The notes under the pieces were generated by a model. That model was not told the origin of the DNA. It ran no database searches and saw nothing but the letters and a program-made list of their open reading frames with translations. Of a stretch of DNA of 64,000 nucleotides, positions 12,015 through 26,473 are shown piece by piece. Made by a program: the position numbers and the translations under genes. Numbering within the stretch: position 1 is the stretch's first letter; the number at the start of each line of letters is the position of its first letter. Source of the stretch: Eledone cirrhosa (taxonomy: Eukaryota); the NCBI GenBank assembly GCA_964016885.1, contig OZ024741.1:155310001-155374000 (forward strand), given 5' to 3'.

Positions 12015-12895
12015 TCTATATATATAAAACTGAGGATGTCTGTCTGTGTGTGTGTAAGTTTGAATCCCTAAAACTAGAGAAGCACCCAACCGACTGTTTT
12101 CAAACTTTGCACATGTAATACATGTAACTGCACAGAATGTTCTGAGCCAAAAAAATTTCAAATTTTCAATGCCCTAGGGACCGCATTAGGCGATTTAACG
12201 ATCTCTGTCTATAATTCTTAGTCTTTCTCTTTTTAGATAGATACATACATATAACGTCGCGCCCTTATAATATCTGTCTGTATTACGTCACTTCTCTCAG
12301 GATGTCTGTGTGTGTGTGTGTGTCTGTGAGTTTGAATCCCTAAAACTCGAGAAGTACCCAACCGATTCTTTTCAAACTTTACATGTTTCAGGGAGTGTTA
12401 TGCACTTCAAAATTCAATTTTTTTATCTCCTAGGGCTCGCATTAGGTGAAAAACTGCGTTTTTTCAGGTTTTTAGGGGTTATTTGAGGCGTTACGTCAGA
12501 CCGATTTCCTTGAAATTGTAACTATGTATTAGTCAGTCTCTTCTTCATACCGTGAGCAAAGAAAATTCAACTTTTTTATTAGGTGATAAACTTCATTTTT
12601 TCAGCTTTTCAGGGCTTTTTGGATGCGTTACGTCTAGCAGATATTCCCGAAATTTCAAGGCATATTATGCACATAAAAAAAATTCATTTTCTTGATCCCC
12701 TAGGGCACGCATAAGGTGAAAACCTGCATTTTTCCTGCTTCATCGAGGAAAATCTTAAAGATTATCCAGCCATCAAAGTATTCGGTTTATTTTCTTTACA
12801 TATTGTCCAGGCATGCAGTTTTTCCACGATTAGGTCTGTTGGAGGCCCGCGTTCCAAAATACCTTATCCCGTGCAACGCCGGGTACCACTGTTAG
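12015..12895 (+). mobile_element. Non-autonomous Helitron
   Basis: 5' TCTATATATATAAAACTGAGG; 3' hairpin CCCGTGCAACGCCGGG then (C/T)TAG|T; internal duplications. Confidence 0.78.
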
Positions 12896-12900
12896 TATTA

Positions 12901-13325
12901 TCTATATATATAAAACTGAGGATGTCTGGCTGTGTGTGTGTGTGTGTGTGTGTTTGTGAGTTTGAATCCCTAAAACTCGAGAAGTACCCAACCGATTCTT
13001 TTCAAACTCTACATGTGTATTACTTATGTTTCAGGGAGCTTTTGATCTCCTAGCGCCCGCATTAGGTGAAAAACTGCGTTTTTAAAGCTTTTTAGGTTTT
13101 TTTTGAGGCGTTACGTCAGACCGATTTCCTTGAAATTGTAACTATGTATTAGTCAATCTCTCCTTCATACCGTGAGCAAAGAAAATCCAACTTTTTTTTA
13201 TGTCCTAGGGCCCGCATGTGAAAACTTCATTTTTTCAGCTTTTTAGGACTCTTTTGAGGCGTTACATCTAGCCGATTTTCTCGAAATTTCAAGGCATATA
13301 AAATTAATTTTCTTGATCCCCTAGG
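12901..13325 (+). mobile_element. Partial tandem copy of the same Helitron
   Basis: Same 5' end, 3' end missing. Confidence 0.75.
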
Positions 13326-13400
13326 ATTAATATGACCCACAAAGGTATACCGTTTAGACTGCCTCAAATAATTCAATTAGTAACTGCTCTATTGTAATAT

Positions 13401-13591
13401 AATTGTTTCTACTTTTTGGCACAAGGCCAGCAATTATCCAGTGCATTACTGGTACTTTATTTTATCGACCCCGTAAGGATGAAAGGCAAAGTTAACCTCG
13501 GCGGGATTTGAACTGAGAATGGCAAGGGTCGTAACTCTATGCGTCAAACAAAGCATGGCGTCCGACCCTCTACCGATACTGCCAATCCACC
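13401..13591 (-). mobile_element. SINE family A with target-site duplication
   Basis: ATTGTAATATAAT repeated at 13391 and 13593. Confidence 0.9.
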
Positions 13592-13812
13592 AATTGTAAT
13601 ATAATATTATATATTATTATATATAATATTATATAATCATGCGAGTACTCAATGCATGGTGTGATGCAGAATGGATATAGAGATACGTAAACTCCCTGCT
13701 GCGTCGGTATAATTTTGGCTTGGGCTAAATTTGTCTATGTTAAGTTTAGCCAATTGGAGGTCGTAATTGACACACACACACACCCACCCCCACACACACA
13801 CACACACACACA

Positions 13813-13889
<77 letters not shown>

Positions 13890-14034
13890 TAGATTGTCTT
13901 TGAATTACGCATCTAAAATTGTAAACCCTATAATGGTGCTCACTTTCGAGATTTATTCTTTCTCTTAATTAAGGATTTTTTTTCCTATTTTTGCGATTAT
14001 TAATGTTTCGAGATCTCCACACACACATACGCGC

Positions 14035-14158
<124 letters not shown>

Positions 14159-14689
14159 CACACACACACACACTCACATTATATACCTGGCATAGTCGCC
14201 AACAGCTTTAACCGTCTCATTATCATACTTTTAATGAAATGCACTGCACATTTCAAATACTTTCGAAAATAATAAAGAGCTTGGAGGCATTTAGTAATAA
14301 TAAAAACTTTCTTATTAAGTTGCTGTTTAGAACATAAAGTTTTTGCATAAAATTGTGATTGAATGTTTTTAGATAAACACAAACACTTTAAAAGTTTTCC
14401 ATTGTAAAATCAAGGGGTTTTTATACAGTTTGGCATCATATAGTAAAGCTGGTATTTGTAACATAACTTAATGGTTCTTACATAAAATTATGATGGAAGG
14501 TTTTTAGAAAATATAAACACTTGCATCGCAGAACCAGGTGGTATGGTCTGAAAAGTGTTATTTCGCAACGATAACATATTTAATGGTGTACGACTCGGTA
14601 TACTATAGCTGAAAAAATACAATAAAAACTCACGGCTGCTTAAAGCCAATCATAGGCCTACAGGAACTCTCCTCTCACTAAACAAAACT

Positions 14690-14968
14690 ATAGCAGCAGC
14701 TCCAGCAACAGCAGTAGCAAAAGTAGCATTAGCAACAACAGCAGCAGTAACAACAACAGCAGCAGTAGCAACAACAGCAGCAGTAGCAACAACAGCAGCA
14801 GTAACAACAACAGCAGCAGTAGCAACAACAGCAGCAGTAGCAACAACAGCAGCAGTAACAACAACAGCAGCAGTAGCAACAACAGCAGCAGTAGCAACAA
14901 CAGCAGCAGTAACAACAACAGTAGCAGTAGCAACAACAGCAGCAGTAGCAACAACAGCAGCAGTAACA
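14690..14968. repeat. 18-bp compound trinucleotide repeat running into the assembly gap
   Basis: Unit AGCAACAACAGCAGCAGT; N run at 14969-15168. Confidence 0.9.
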
Positions 14969-15175
14969 NNNNNNNNNNNNNNNNNNNNNNNNNNNNNNNN
15001 NNNNNNNNNNNNNNNNNNNNNNNNNNNNNNNNNNNNNNNNNNNNNNNNNNNNNNNNNNNNNNNNNNNNNNNNNNNNNNNNNNNNNNNNNNNNNNNNNNNN
15101 NNNNNNNNNNNNNNNNNNNNNNNNNNNNNNNNNNNNNNNNNNNNNNNNNNNNNNNNNNNNNNNNNNNNTATATAT

Positions 15176-15208
<33 letters not shown>

Positions 15209-15379
15209 CAACAAGAGCAACAGCTACAGCATCAACAACAACAATAAGCAGTGAAGCAGATTTTGATCCATGTAAGTAGTGTAGTGTAATTCAAGTGGTG
15301 GTGTTGCATATATATATATATATATATAGATAGATATAGATATAGATATACAACAACAACGATAACAGAAGCAACAATA

Positions 15380-15429
<50 letters not shown>

Positions 15430-15855
15430 AACTACCACCGTCACCACCACCACCACCACAACAACAGTAGCATCAACAACGTCAACAAATCGACGATTAA
15501 GAACAAGAAATTCTTGCGTGATAATTTGGTCCATTTGGAGTAGTTGCAGTCGTGTTGTTGGGTTGATTCGAACCTACAGTGACTGTTAAGTGGACAAAGA
15601 TATACGCCACAACATCATCACCAACAACAAGAAACAACAATAACAGCGGTAACAGCAAGAACAGTATCAATAACAGAAAGAAGAAGAACTACAACAATAA
15701 CGATAACAGTGGCAACAGTGACAACAACAGCAATATCAACCTCAACACTACTAAGAATAACACCAACAATGAGAATCAGCCTAGCAGAAGGAATACTTTG
15801 TGAGATTTTCACCGTGTATGTAGTACCAGCGGTGTTTAGTTGTTGTATTGAACTT

Positions 15856-15888
<33 letters not shown>

Positions 15889-16194
15889 ACAACACTAACA
15901 ACAGCGACGAAAACAGGAGTACCAACAATACCAACAATACCAACACTAAAAACAAAAATAACAAGATTAACAAGAATAGGCTCTAATTGGATTAAGTGTG
16001 ACCCCACTTAAGAAAAAATATATTACTATTTTGTGGGGGTAAGTTAATTTTTATAATATTAACTGCCTGTGTTCTTGTGTTTATTTTTTGACATTATAAA
16101 TGAAAGACTTGGTAAAATATTGTGCAGCACCATAAAATAACCATCTTTTTTATTCTTGCGGAATTACAGTAAAAAAGTAATTATAGAAATAATT

Positions 16195-16225
<31 letters not shown>

Positions 16226-16249
16226 AAAAAAACATTACAAGTAAAGAAC

Positions 16250-17408
16250 ATGTTAATTAACAAGTCATTATCCTCTTCTGTGAAGTCGGGATCGAATCTG
16301 ACATACAGCTCGGAAGAAGGAGATATTTACGATGATTATTTTGACCCTCACCACAACGAAATTAGCGCCGAACAAATAGTGGTGCCTATTCTGTTCGGTT
16401 TTGTTTTTGTTATTAGTATTGTTGGAAATGGTACTCTGATCTACACAGTGCTTCGAAACCGTAACATGAGAGTTGTGCCTAACATCTACATCGTCAGCCT
16501 CTCATGTGGAGACCTTCTTCTCATTCTTATCTCTGTACCCCTTCAACTCTTTGGTATTTGTTCTACCTGAATGGCCGTTTGGTGAGGTGATGTGTAAAAT
16601 CAACGAGTATTTGCAAACTGTTTCCTTAGGAGTGTCTGTTTTTACACTGACAGCTCTTAGTGCGGACCGCTATATCGCCATTGTGGACCCGATGGCGAAA
16701 CACAAGTCTAGGCTGATAGTAAGGGCTGTAACAACAGCTGGTTGCTTATGGGTGGTGGCTCTTCTGTTGGCAATACCCGATTTAAGTTCGTCCACAGTGA
16801 TTGAAGGATCGCCAAACGTGACTATCTACTCGGCCAGAATATGCCTGCTTTATCCTACGGTTAATATAAACGGTCACCTTCCAATGTGGTACCCGAAGTT
16901 GATGGTCTTGTTGAAGTTTTTCATTTTCTTCATGATTCCATTGATCATCATCGGAATATTCTACATATTAATGGCCCGCATTCTTATATTAAGCGCCAGG
17001 CAAATCCCAGGTGATTCAAACGGCAAAGCAAGCTACAAAAAACAAATTGAAACTCGCATGAAAGTTGCCAAGGCCGTACTTTCGTTCGTCGTATTATTTG
17101 CTATCTGCTGGCTACCCAGACACATTTATCTTTTCTGGTATTTCTTTCTCGATGAACATTTCAATCCATTTTGGATGATGTTCAAAATCACCAGTTTTTG
17201 TATGGCCTTCATAAATTCTTGCGTTAACCCTTTCGCTCTATATTTCCTAAGTAACCAGTTCCGAAAATACTACAACCGTTATCTATTCTGCTGGTGTACG
17301 CCAAAACCTTACGAAGTCTTAAACACACCCGGATCATCTGTTATGTACAACTTTCAAAGCACTGTAAATTCATCTACAACTTACATGCACAGTCAGACGG
17401 CTTGTTAA
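16250..17408 (+). CDS. Intronless class A neuropeptide GPCR (bombesin/CCHamide/excitatory-peptide receptor-like), ~385 aa, one +1 frameshift at CCCC 16538-16541
   Basis: GNGTLI, PNIYIVSLSCGDLL, WPFGEVMCK, SLGVSVFTLTALSADRY, CWLP, NSCVNPFALY. Removing one C joins ORFs 16250-16570 and 16473-17408. Confidence 0.9.
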
Positions 17409-18221
17409 GGAACGGAACCGGAAAAGATACTGACCCAAAAAAAAAAAAAAAGACAAATAAAAATAAATAAAAAATAAATAAAGCACCCAACCTTAAAAAA
17501 ATGAAAATTCACAAAGAAAAAAAGAAGGAATATGACCCTACAGACTACATTTATTGGAACTTACACTGCATTATCACATTCATAAGTCTGTGTGTTCAAC
17601 TCCACTGCGAAATGGTTTCGTTATATGTGTCTAATTGTTTAATTGTTGTACTTTTGCGTTCATTAATAATTATATTTTCATGGGAAACGATTAGCATTTG
17701 GTGTAAATAAATAACATTTGAACTGTACACACTCGTACACACACGTACACACACATACACATATACACATATACACGTACACATATACACAGCCACACAT
17801 ATACACGTACACATACACACATGCAGACTCAAACACACATATACACGTAAACATACACAAATGTACTCACAAACACACATATACACGTACACATACGCAC
17901 CTGTACACACAAACACACACAAACACATACAAATACACCCATGTACACACAAACACACATATACACGTACACATAATTGCACACATACAAACGTACACAC
18001 ACACACGTACACTAACACACATACATACCCACACGTATACACATACACATACAACACAGAGGCATATTTTTTTCAGTTATATTAAAAAGAAAACTGATAA
18101 TAAGTTACACGCATACACGTTTGCACACACATATACACACATGCGCACGTGCATACATGAACAAAAACACACACACATTCACGCTCACGTTATATGTATA
18201 TATATATATATATATACACAC

Positions 18222-18279
<58 letters not shown>

Positions 18280-18281
18280 AC

Positions 18282-18314
<33 letters not shown>

Positions 18315-18345
18315 TATATGTATATGTATATATATACACACATAC

Positions 18346-18378
<33 letters not shown>

Positions 18379-18409
18379 CATCTATATTTATATATATATA
18401 TATATATAA

Positions 18410-18462
<53 letters not shown>

Positions 18463-18503
18463 TGTATATGTATATATATACACACATACATATGTATATA
18501 TAC

Positions 18504-18534
<31 letters not shown>

Positions 18535-18824
18535 CATCTATATTTATATATATATACATATATATATATATAAACATATATATCCATATATATATATATA
18601 TATGCATATGTATATGCATATATATTTATTTATTTAATATATATAAACATATATATCCATATATACATATATACATATATATATTGCACACATACTCATA
18701 CATATATACACATGTTTAACATGCCTACCTACCTAAATACACGCACACACACACTTATATATGTGTATATACATACAACCGAAAATCCATCGATCTATCC
18801 ATCTATCAATGCATATATGAGGGT

Positions 18825-18960
18825 GCAGCGTCTTCAGAGACGATTGCAGTCTCTTATTGATTCTTCATTGTCACCCCACCCGAGTCCCTGACGTCGTAGA
18901 TAACTTTGTAGACCAGCTGTAGATCTGCATGGTTTACGACACAGGTGACAGAAGAAAGTT
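18825..18960 (-). mobile_element. RTE-like LINE 3' tip with C2H2-like remnant
   Basis: [20 protein letters not shown]. Confidence 0.5.
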
Positions 18961-19812
18961 GTGCATACATATATATATATATATACATACATATATAGAT
19001 ATATACATACATACATATATACATATATACATACATATATACATATATACATACATACATATATACATATATGCATGCATATATACATACATATATGCAT
19101 ATATACATATATACATATAAACATACATACATATATACATATATACATATATACATACATATATACATACATACATATATACATACCTATATACATATAT
19201 ACATATATACATATATACATACATACATATATAAATACATATATATATACATACATACATATATACATATATACATACTTACATACATATATACATATAT
19301 ACATACATACATACATACATATATACATATATACATATATACATACGTACATATATACATATATACATACATATATACATATATACATATATACATATAT
19401 ACATACATATATAAATACATACATATATACATACACATACATATATACATATATACATACATATATACATATATACATATATATACATACACATATACAT
19501 ACATACATATATACATACATACATATATACATATATACATACATACATACACACATATATATACACATATATACACACATACATACGTGCATGCATGCAT
19601 ACATAAACATACACATACACACATACATATGCACATAAAAAAAAAACAAAAATAATATTTAAAATATTTCTGAGAAATTAAAGTTTTCTTGTAAGAAAAA
19701 AATTCCGTTCGAATGTTTTTTTCAATTGAATTTGGAATATGTTGGAATATATATGGATTATAAGGTAAGATATGTGATTTTGTTGTGACTTTTAACTATT
19801 CACACACACACA

Positions 19813-19860
<48 letters not shown>

Positions 19861-20125
19861 CATATACACACATACACATATATATAGATACATATACATA
19901 TATATATACACACACATACACACATGCACACTCACACATACACACATGCACGCACACACACACACACATATATATATACACACACACACATATATATATA
20001 CATATACACACATACACATAAATATAGATACATACACATATATATATATATACACACACACATACACACATGCACACTCACACATACACACATGCACGCA
20101 CACACACACACATATCTATCTATCT

Positions 20126-20602
20126 AAGGCGGGTAAAATTCCCAAGATCCATGGACGAGTTCTCTCCAGCGACTCCGTCCCTCATTATCGCTGCCATATC
20201 CTGCATCTCCAACAGACCAGTGTCTGTCCTTAGGGCATCAACATATGTTAACCTTGGTCTTCCTCTTCTAGTGTGTCCATGTAGGTCGGTGTGGAAGTCG
20301 GACCTTCGTAGAGACCTGAAAATCCGCCTCTTCATTGCTGTAGTGGAGTCTGTGCTGCTGTATGGGTCTGAGACTTGGACACTGACCAAGAGACTCACTC
20401 AGATGGTGGATGGGTGCTACACGAGAATGCTGAGGATGGCTCTGAACATTAATCAGTATACACTGAGGATGAAAAACTCAGAGCTGTCTGGGAGCATCCC
20501 AAAAGTCAGCTCAAAAGTGACACAGAGGAGACTGAGGTTGGCTGGACATGCTCACCGACATCCAGAGTTGACATTGCACTCAGTGCTCCTTTGGGAACCC
20601 CT

Positions 20603-20605
<3 letters not shown>
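20126..20605. mobile_element. RTE-clade LINE 3' fragment with internal inversion
   Basis: Plus strand KIRLF..VESVLLYGSETW..RRLRLAGH..LLWEP; the continuation HG..RGRPRLTYVD is on the minus strand at 20126-20285. Confidence 0.85.
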
Positions 20606-20653
<48 letters not shown>

Positions 20654-21245
20654 CACACATATATATAGATACATACACACACATATATATATATATACAC
20701 ACACATACACACATGCACACTCACACATACACATATATATAGATACATACACACACACATATATATATATATACACACACACATACACACATGCACACTC
20801 ACACATACACACATGCACGCACACACACACATATATATATATACATATACACACATACACATATATATAGATACATACACACATATATATATATATACAC
20901 ACACATACACACGTGCACACTCACACATACACACATGCACGCACACACACACACATATATATACACACACGCACATATATATAGATACATACATACATAC
21001 ACATACACACACACATACACCCCCACATACACCCCCCCCCACATATATATATATGTATAGGAAAAGAGTCAGGACCCACTCTACTACCCTAAGTATCGAG
21101 TACTCTGGTGTGTTATGGTCCACCTGGTTCCTTACCAGACTTCCTTCGTTATATATATATATATATATATATAACCTAGATATATATACTGCCAAGACTG
21201 GAATTGAACCATCAGCACAGTTGAGGTATGTCATATATGAATTTA

Positions 21246-21307
21246 TTTTATCTGATGAGGACGTACTGATGAAATAGCACAGTACCTCTGAAATATGTAT
21301 AATAAAA
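21246..21307 (+). ncRNA. Type I hammerhead ribozyme
   Basis: TTTTAT-CTGATGA-..GTACTG/CAGTAC..-GAAAT-ATGT-ATA/ATAAAA. Confidence 0.78.
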
Positions 21308-21351
21308 TATATTTGATCACATGAATGTCTATATTTATTAATATTTTGAAG

Positions 21352-21387
<36 letters not shown>

Positions 21388-21388
21388 C

Positions 21389-21797
<409 letters not shown>

Positions 21798-21839
21798 ACA
21801 CCTCGCCCGTCCCTTCAATCTATCTTATTTTTCATCCTT

Positions 21840-21875
21840 TCTTCTGATGAAGGACTAGCGTCCGAAACGTCAAGA
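21840..21875 (+). ncRNA. Minimal type I hammerhead ribozyme
   Basis: TCTT-CTGATGA-AGGAC TAGC GTCC-GAAAC-GTC/AAGA. Confidence 0.85.
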
Positions 21876-21956
21876 CCCTCTTCCTGCTAGTTCAAGCGTT
21901 AACCTAATATATTCCTTTCATATACTGTACCGATTGTGTAGTTATTTCTGTTTACT

Positions 21957-22077
<121 letters not shown>

Positions 22078-22108
22078 ACTATAACAAAAATATAATTTTC
22101 ATCACATC

Positions 22109-22200
22109 ACCATTCTGACGAGCAGATTGATACTGGAGTCGGGTTCATAATTCCTATAGGTTACCTTGAGCCAATCCTCTGTGAAACGCGTGTAACAGGT
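22109..22200 (+). ncRNA. Type I hammerhead, long stem II, weak stem I
   Basis: CTGACGA-GCAGA...TCTGT-GAAAC-GCGT-GTA. Confidence 0.65.
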
Positions 22201-23896
22201 CGATACACAATAAATATTTTTCAGATGTAAACGAAACTTGCTCGTTGTTTGTTTTTATTATATACACTCTGCCTGTGCATCGAGTGCTCGATTTGGTACC
22301 AACACCAGTAATTATATATATGTGTATATAGTAATAATAATAAATTTGAAGACTAAAATCCAAAGAGGGCTCGATAAGGATAAATATATATCAAATATAT
22401 AAGAACCGTAGAGCAAATATTTATTAAAATAACAGATTAAAGTTTAAGCAAAGAATCGCTGCTTTTACCCTTAACGGGATCTTCTGAAACTAACAAAGTC
22501 AATCTGTGAACGCAGAAGTGAATATGTCAAAAAGCGTTGCAACCGGAGGAAGACAGGAAGACGAAACTTTGGTTCGTGGAAACGTTCCCTGGCAAAGAAC
22601 GGGAAAAAACGAATATAATACGTCATTATTTGGAACGGTGAAAAAAAATTACACGCAAAGACAAACCACGTTTATGGCATAAAAGAAGTCGTAGACTAAT
22701 ATTCTCTTAGGTGGTTCATAGACACGTTCTCTGGCAATGAACGAAAAAAACGAAGACAAAACTACGTAAATGGTATAATTGAATTCGTAGACTAAAATTC
22801 TAACTAGGAAACCGAATGATTCTCGGCTTCAGAGTTAAGAATAAAGTAAATAAAATACAGAGGTAAAAGAAATTAAATAAATACATACACGCGTCCAAAT
22901 ACGTACATACACAAGCATACGCGAAAACACTCGCCATAGGTATACAAATACACGCACGTACACAAAAAACCAAAAAACCAAAAAAAACCGCACGCACATA
23001 CAGAACCCACGCAACGCGTGTACCCGCACGCATACGAATGTATACACCAAATACACATAAAAATATATATAAAAAAAAATATATACATATATGTGTGTGT
23101 GCGTGTATACATATAATTAAATAAACGTATATGAATAAATAAATACGCACACACACATACCTACATGTAAATACACTTATGTTCGGAGACGTACGTCAAC
23201 CAAAACACGAAGTACACATATACACACCCTACATACGTACGAACCCGCAAACTCACACAGACGTAAAACTCACGTATACACATAACCAAAAGCATATGTA
23301 CCAGGAAAAATAATATATACGCCATAACATATACAATCAAATATACGTACGAGAAACGTACCTTCACAAAACATACAGGTAATATATACTTACCTATACA
23401 AATAAGTAAGGGTATAAACATAACATATACTTAGCTACCACATCAAGACGTAAAATATCCGCGTATAGTTCGTACTATCCGTTAGGGCACAGCACGTCGT
23501 GGTGTTTTAGCCATAAGATAACGCCATCCCACTGGATGGGCGGGCAGGCGGGTAGTCATTTCTACAGCTGAGTAAACTGGAGCAACATGAAATAAAGTGT
23601 CTTGCCCAAGGAAACAACACATCACCCGGTCCGAGAATTGAACTCACAACCACTCATATATATATATAGGAAAAAGTATGACCCCGACGGCAGAGCTCAA
23701 GCCGTTTCGACGGCTATTTCTGGACTATATATATATATATAGGAAAAACTATGACCCCGACGGCAGAGCTCAAGTCGTTTCGACGGCTATTCTGGACTAT
23801 ATATATATATTATATATAACGAAGGAAATGTGGTAAGCAACCAGATGGACCATATTATATATATATTAATATATATATATAATATAATATATATAT

Positions 23897-24097
23897 AATG
23901 AAGGAAATGTGGTAAGGAACCAGGTGGACCATAACGCACCAAAGTACACAATACTTAGGGTAGTAGAGTGGGTAATAGGAACGAGTAAAACCCCGACCGC
24001 TGAGCTCAAGCTGTTTCGACGGCTAATTCTGGACTGAGTCCAGAATTAGCCGTCGAAACGGTTTGAGCTCAGCCGTCGGGGTCCTACTCGTTCCTAT
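23897..24097 (-). mobile_element. Fold-back mini element, 'GTCCAGAA' family
   Basis: Palindrome 23975-24097 centred on 24036, plus tail, in (TA)n. Confidence 0.85.
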
Positions 24098-24101
24098 ATA
24101 A

Positions 24102-24158
<57 letters not shown>

Positions 24159-24262
24159 TATATATATATATATATAGTAATAATAATAAATTTGAAGACT
24201 AAAATCCAAAGAGGGCTCGATAATGATAAATATATATCAAATATATAAGAACCGTATGTATG

Positions 24263-24319
<57 letters not shown>

Positions 24320-24425
24320 ATATATACATATACATATACATATATATATATATACATATATATATATACATATATATATACATATATATACATATACATA
24401 TACATATACATATATATATATATAT

Positions 24426-24471
<46 letters not shown>

Positions 24472-24602
24472 GTGAGTTTTTTTTTACAAAATGAAAAATA
24501 ACCGAGGTGTCCTACACGAGTGAAAGTATAAAGAAAAAGAGATGAAATCGAAAATGCAACTGGAGTCTTATTTTAAAAAAAAATATATATATTTATTTGG
24601 TT

Positions 24603-24640
24603 CCTTTACCGGTTTCGCAGTTCTTCTGCTTTTCAAAAGG
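24603..24640 (-). ncRNA. Hammerhead with U3-A8 core variant
   Basis: Minus strand CCTT-TTGAAAA-GCAG AAGAA CTGC-GAAAC-CG-GTA/AAGG. Confidence 0.72.
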
Positions 24641-24855
24641 TGAGTTGAGATGGAGGGTCTGTGGTTTTTCTCACATCTGGTTGGTCTCTGAATGTTACTT
24701 GTTTTATATGGAAAAAGTGGCTCGAAATGCCAGGTTTTTCGAGAAGTAATTTGATTGGTTTGTCAATAATTATAATAAATTTCGCGCCAGTTCGCGTTAC
24801 AATAGTTCTTCAAATATATATATATTTACAATAGTTCTTCAAATATATATATATA

Positions 24856-26430
24856 TTTCGTTTCTGATTTGTTTAGCAAGATTCTTTATCTGAAAACGTG
24901 TGTTGAAACTGATATTGTTATACTTTGGGAGGGTCATGTTGCTAATAAGAAACACACGCACCAGTTGCTTTCACTTCAATTTATTATAAATCAATTTATA
25001 AATTTAGGAATTTATAAATTTCCGGTTGGTTGGTAGGTTCCACAACCAGACGATTGTTCATATATTGTCAAAGTTCTTTCGTCACACATTCTGTGACCGC
25101 TTCAGTGACTGGGGATTCTTTTCTTTGTTTTTGTGCCTCTCCTTTGTTCTGTCCTACGCCATCTTGTTTTTGTGTGTGTTGTGTGCTTAGTTTGCGCATG
25201 TGTTACATCCGGTGTCTGTGTGTGTTTATATTTGTTTATTTATTTGTTTATTTACATGTTACTGGTTGGTTTTTTGTTCTATGTGTGTGTGTGTTTTCAT
25301 TTTGTCATTAATTGTAAGTTCTGATGTTGCTATTCCATTCATGCTTTCTATTTAACTTTGGTTGGAGTTCATTTATGTTTATTGCCTCTGTGATTTGTCT
25401 AAACATTGCGTCTTTTCTGTGTGTAGATTCTATTTTTATTTCTATGTTCTTTAATTTACCCTTATGTTCTATTTTAGCATGTTGGAAGAGTACAGATGAT
25501 TCTTTACTATCTTGAAGCTCTCGCCAGTGTTCATTTATCCGTTCTCCTATACTACGAGCTCTCTCACCTATGTACACTATATTCTTATCTCTACAGTGGC
25601 CTTCAGTACATCTTATGCTATATACTACATTTCTAGTTTTACAGTTAATATGGGGGCTTAGTTTACAGATTATACATTTCTTATCTATACAGGAAGGTCT
25701 TTGAAAAGGGTATGTATTGCTAATAAGTGTTTTTATGGAGGTACCTGGTCTTTCTACTATCTTATTATTGAGTACTAGGTGATACAGCTCGTAGTATAGG
25801 AGAACGGATAAATGAACTCTGGCGAGAGCTTCAAGATAGTGAAGAATCATCTGTACTCTACCAACATGCTAAAATAGAACATAAGGGTAAATTAAAGAAC
25901 ATAGAAATAAAAATAGAATCTACACACAGAAAAGACGCAATGTTTAGACAAATCACAGAGGCAATAAACATAAATGAACTCCAACCAAAGTTAAATAGAA
26001 AGCATGAATGGAATAGCAACATCAGAACTTACAATTAAGTACAAAATGAAAACACACACACACATAGAACAAAAAACCAACCAGTAACATGTAAATAAAC
26101 AAATAAATAAACAAATATAAACACACACAGACACCCGGATGTAATACATGCGCAAACTAAGCACACAACACACACAAAAACAAGATGGCGTTGGACAGAA
26201 CAAAGGAGAGGCACAAAAACAAAGAAAAGAATCCCCAGTCACTGAAGCGGTCACAGAATGTGTGACGACGAAAGAACTTTGACAATATATGAACAATCGT
26301 CTGGTTGTGGAACCTACCAACCAACCGGAAATTTATAAATTCTTAAATTTATAAATTTATTTATAATAAATTGAAGTGAAAGTAACTGGTGCGTGTGTTT
26401 CTTATTGGCAACATGACCCTCCCAAAGTAT

Positions 26431-26438
<8 letters not shown>
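24856..26438 (-). mobile_element. Penelope-like element: GIY-YIG C-terminus and pLTR with ~650-bp inverted copy
   Basis: 25308-25780 minus: C..C..C, VVYSIRC, YIGE..R..R..EH, RQITEA..LN. Arms 24912-25560 and 25786-26438. Hammerhead-like motifs at 25067-25109 and 26238-26283. Confidence 0.9.
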
Positions 26439-26459
<21 letters not shown>

Positions 26460-26473
<14 letters not shown>

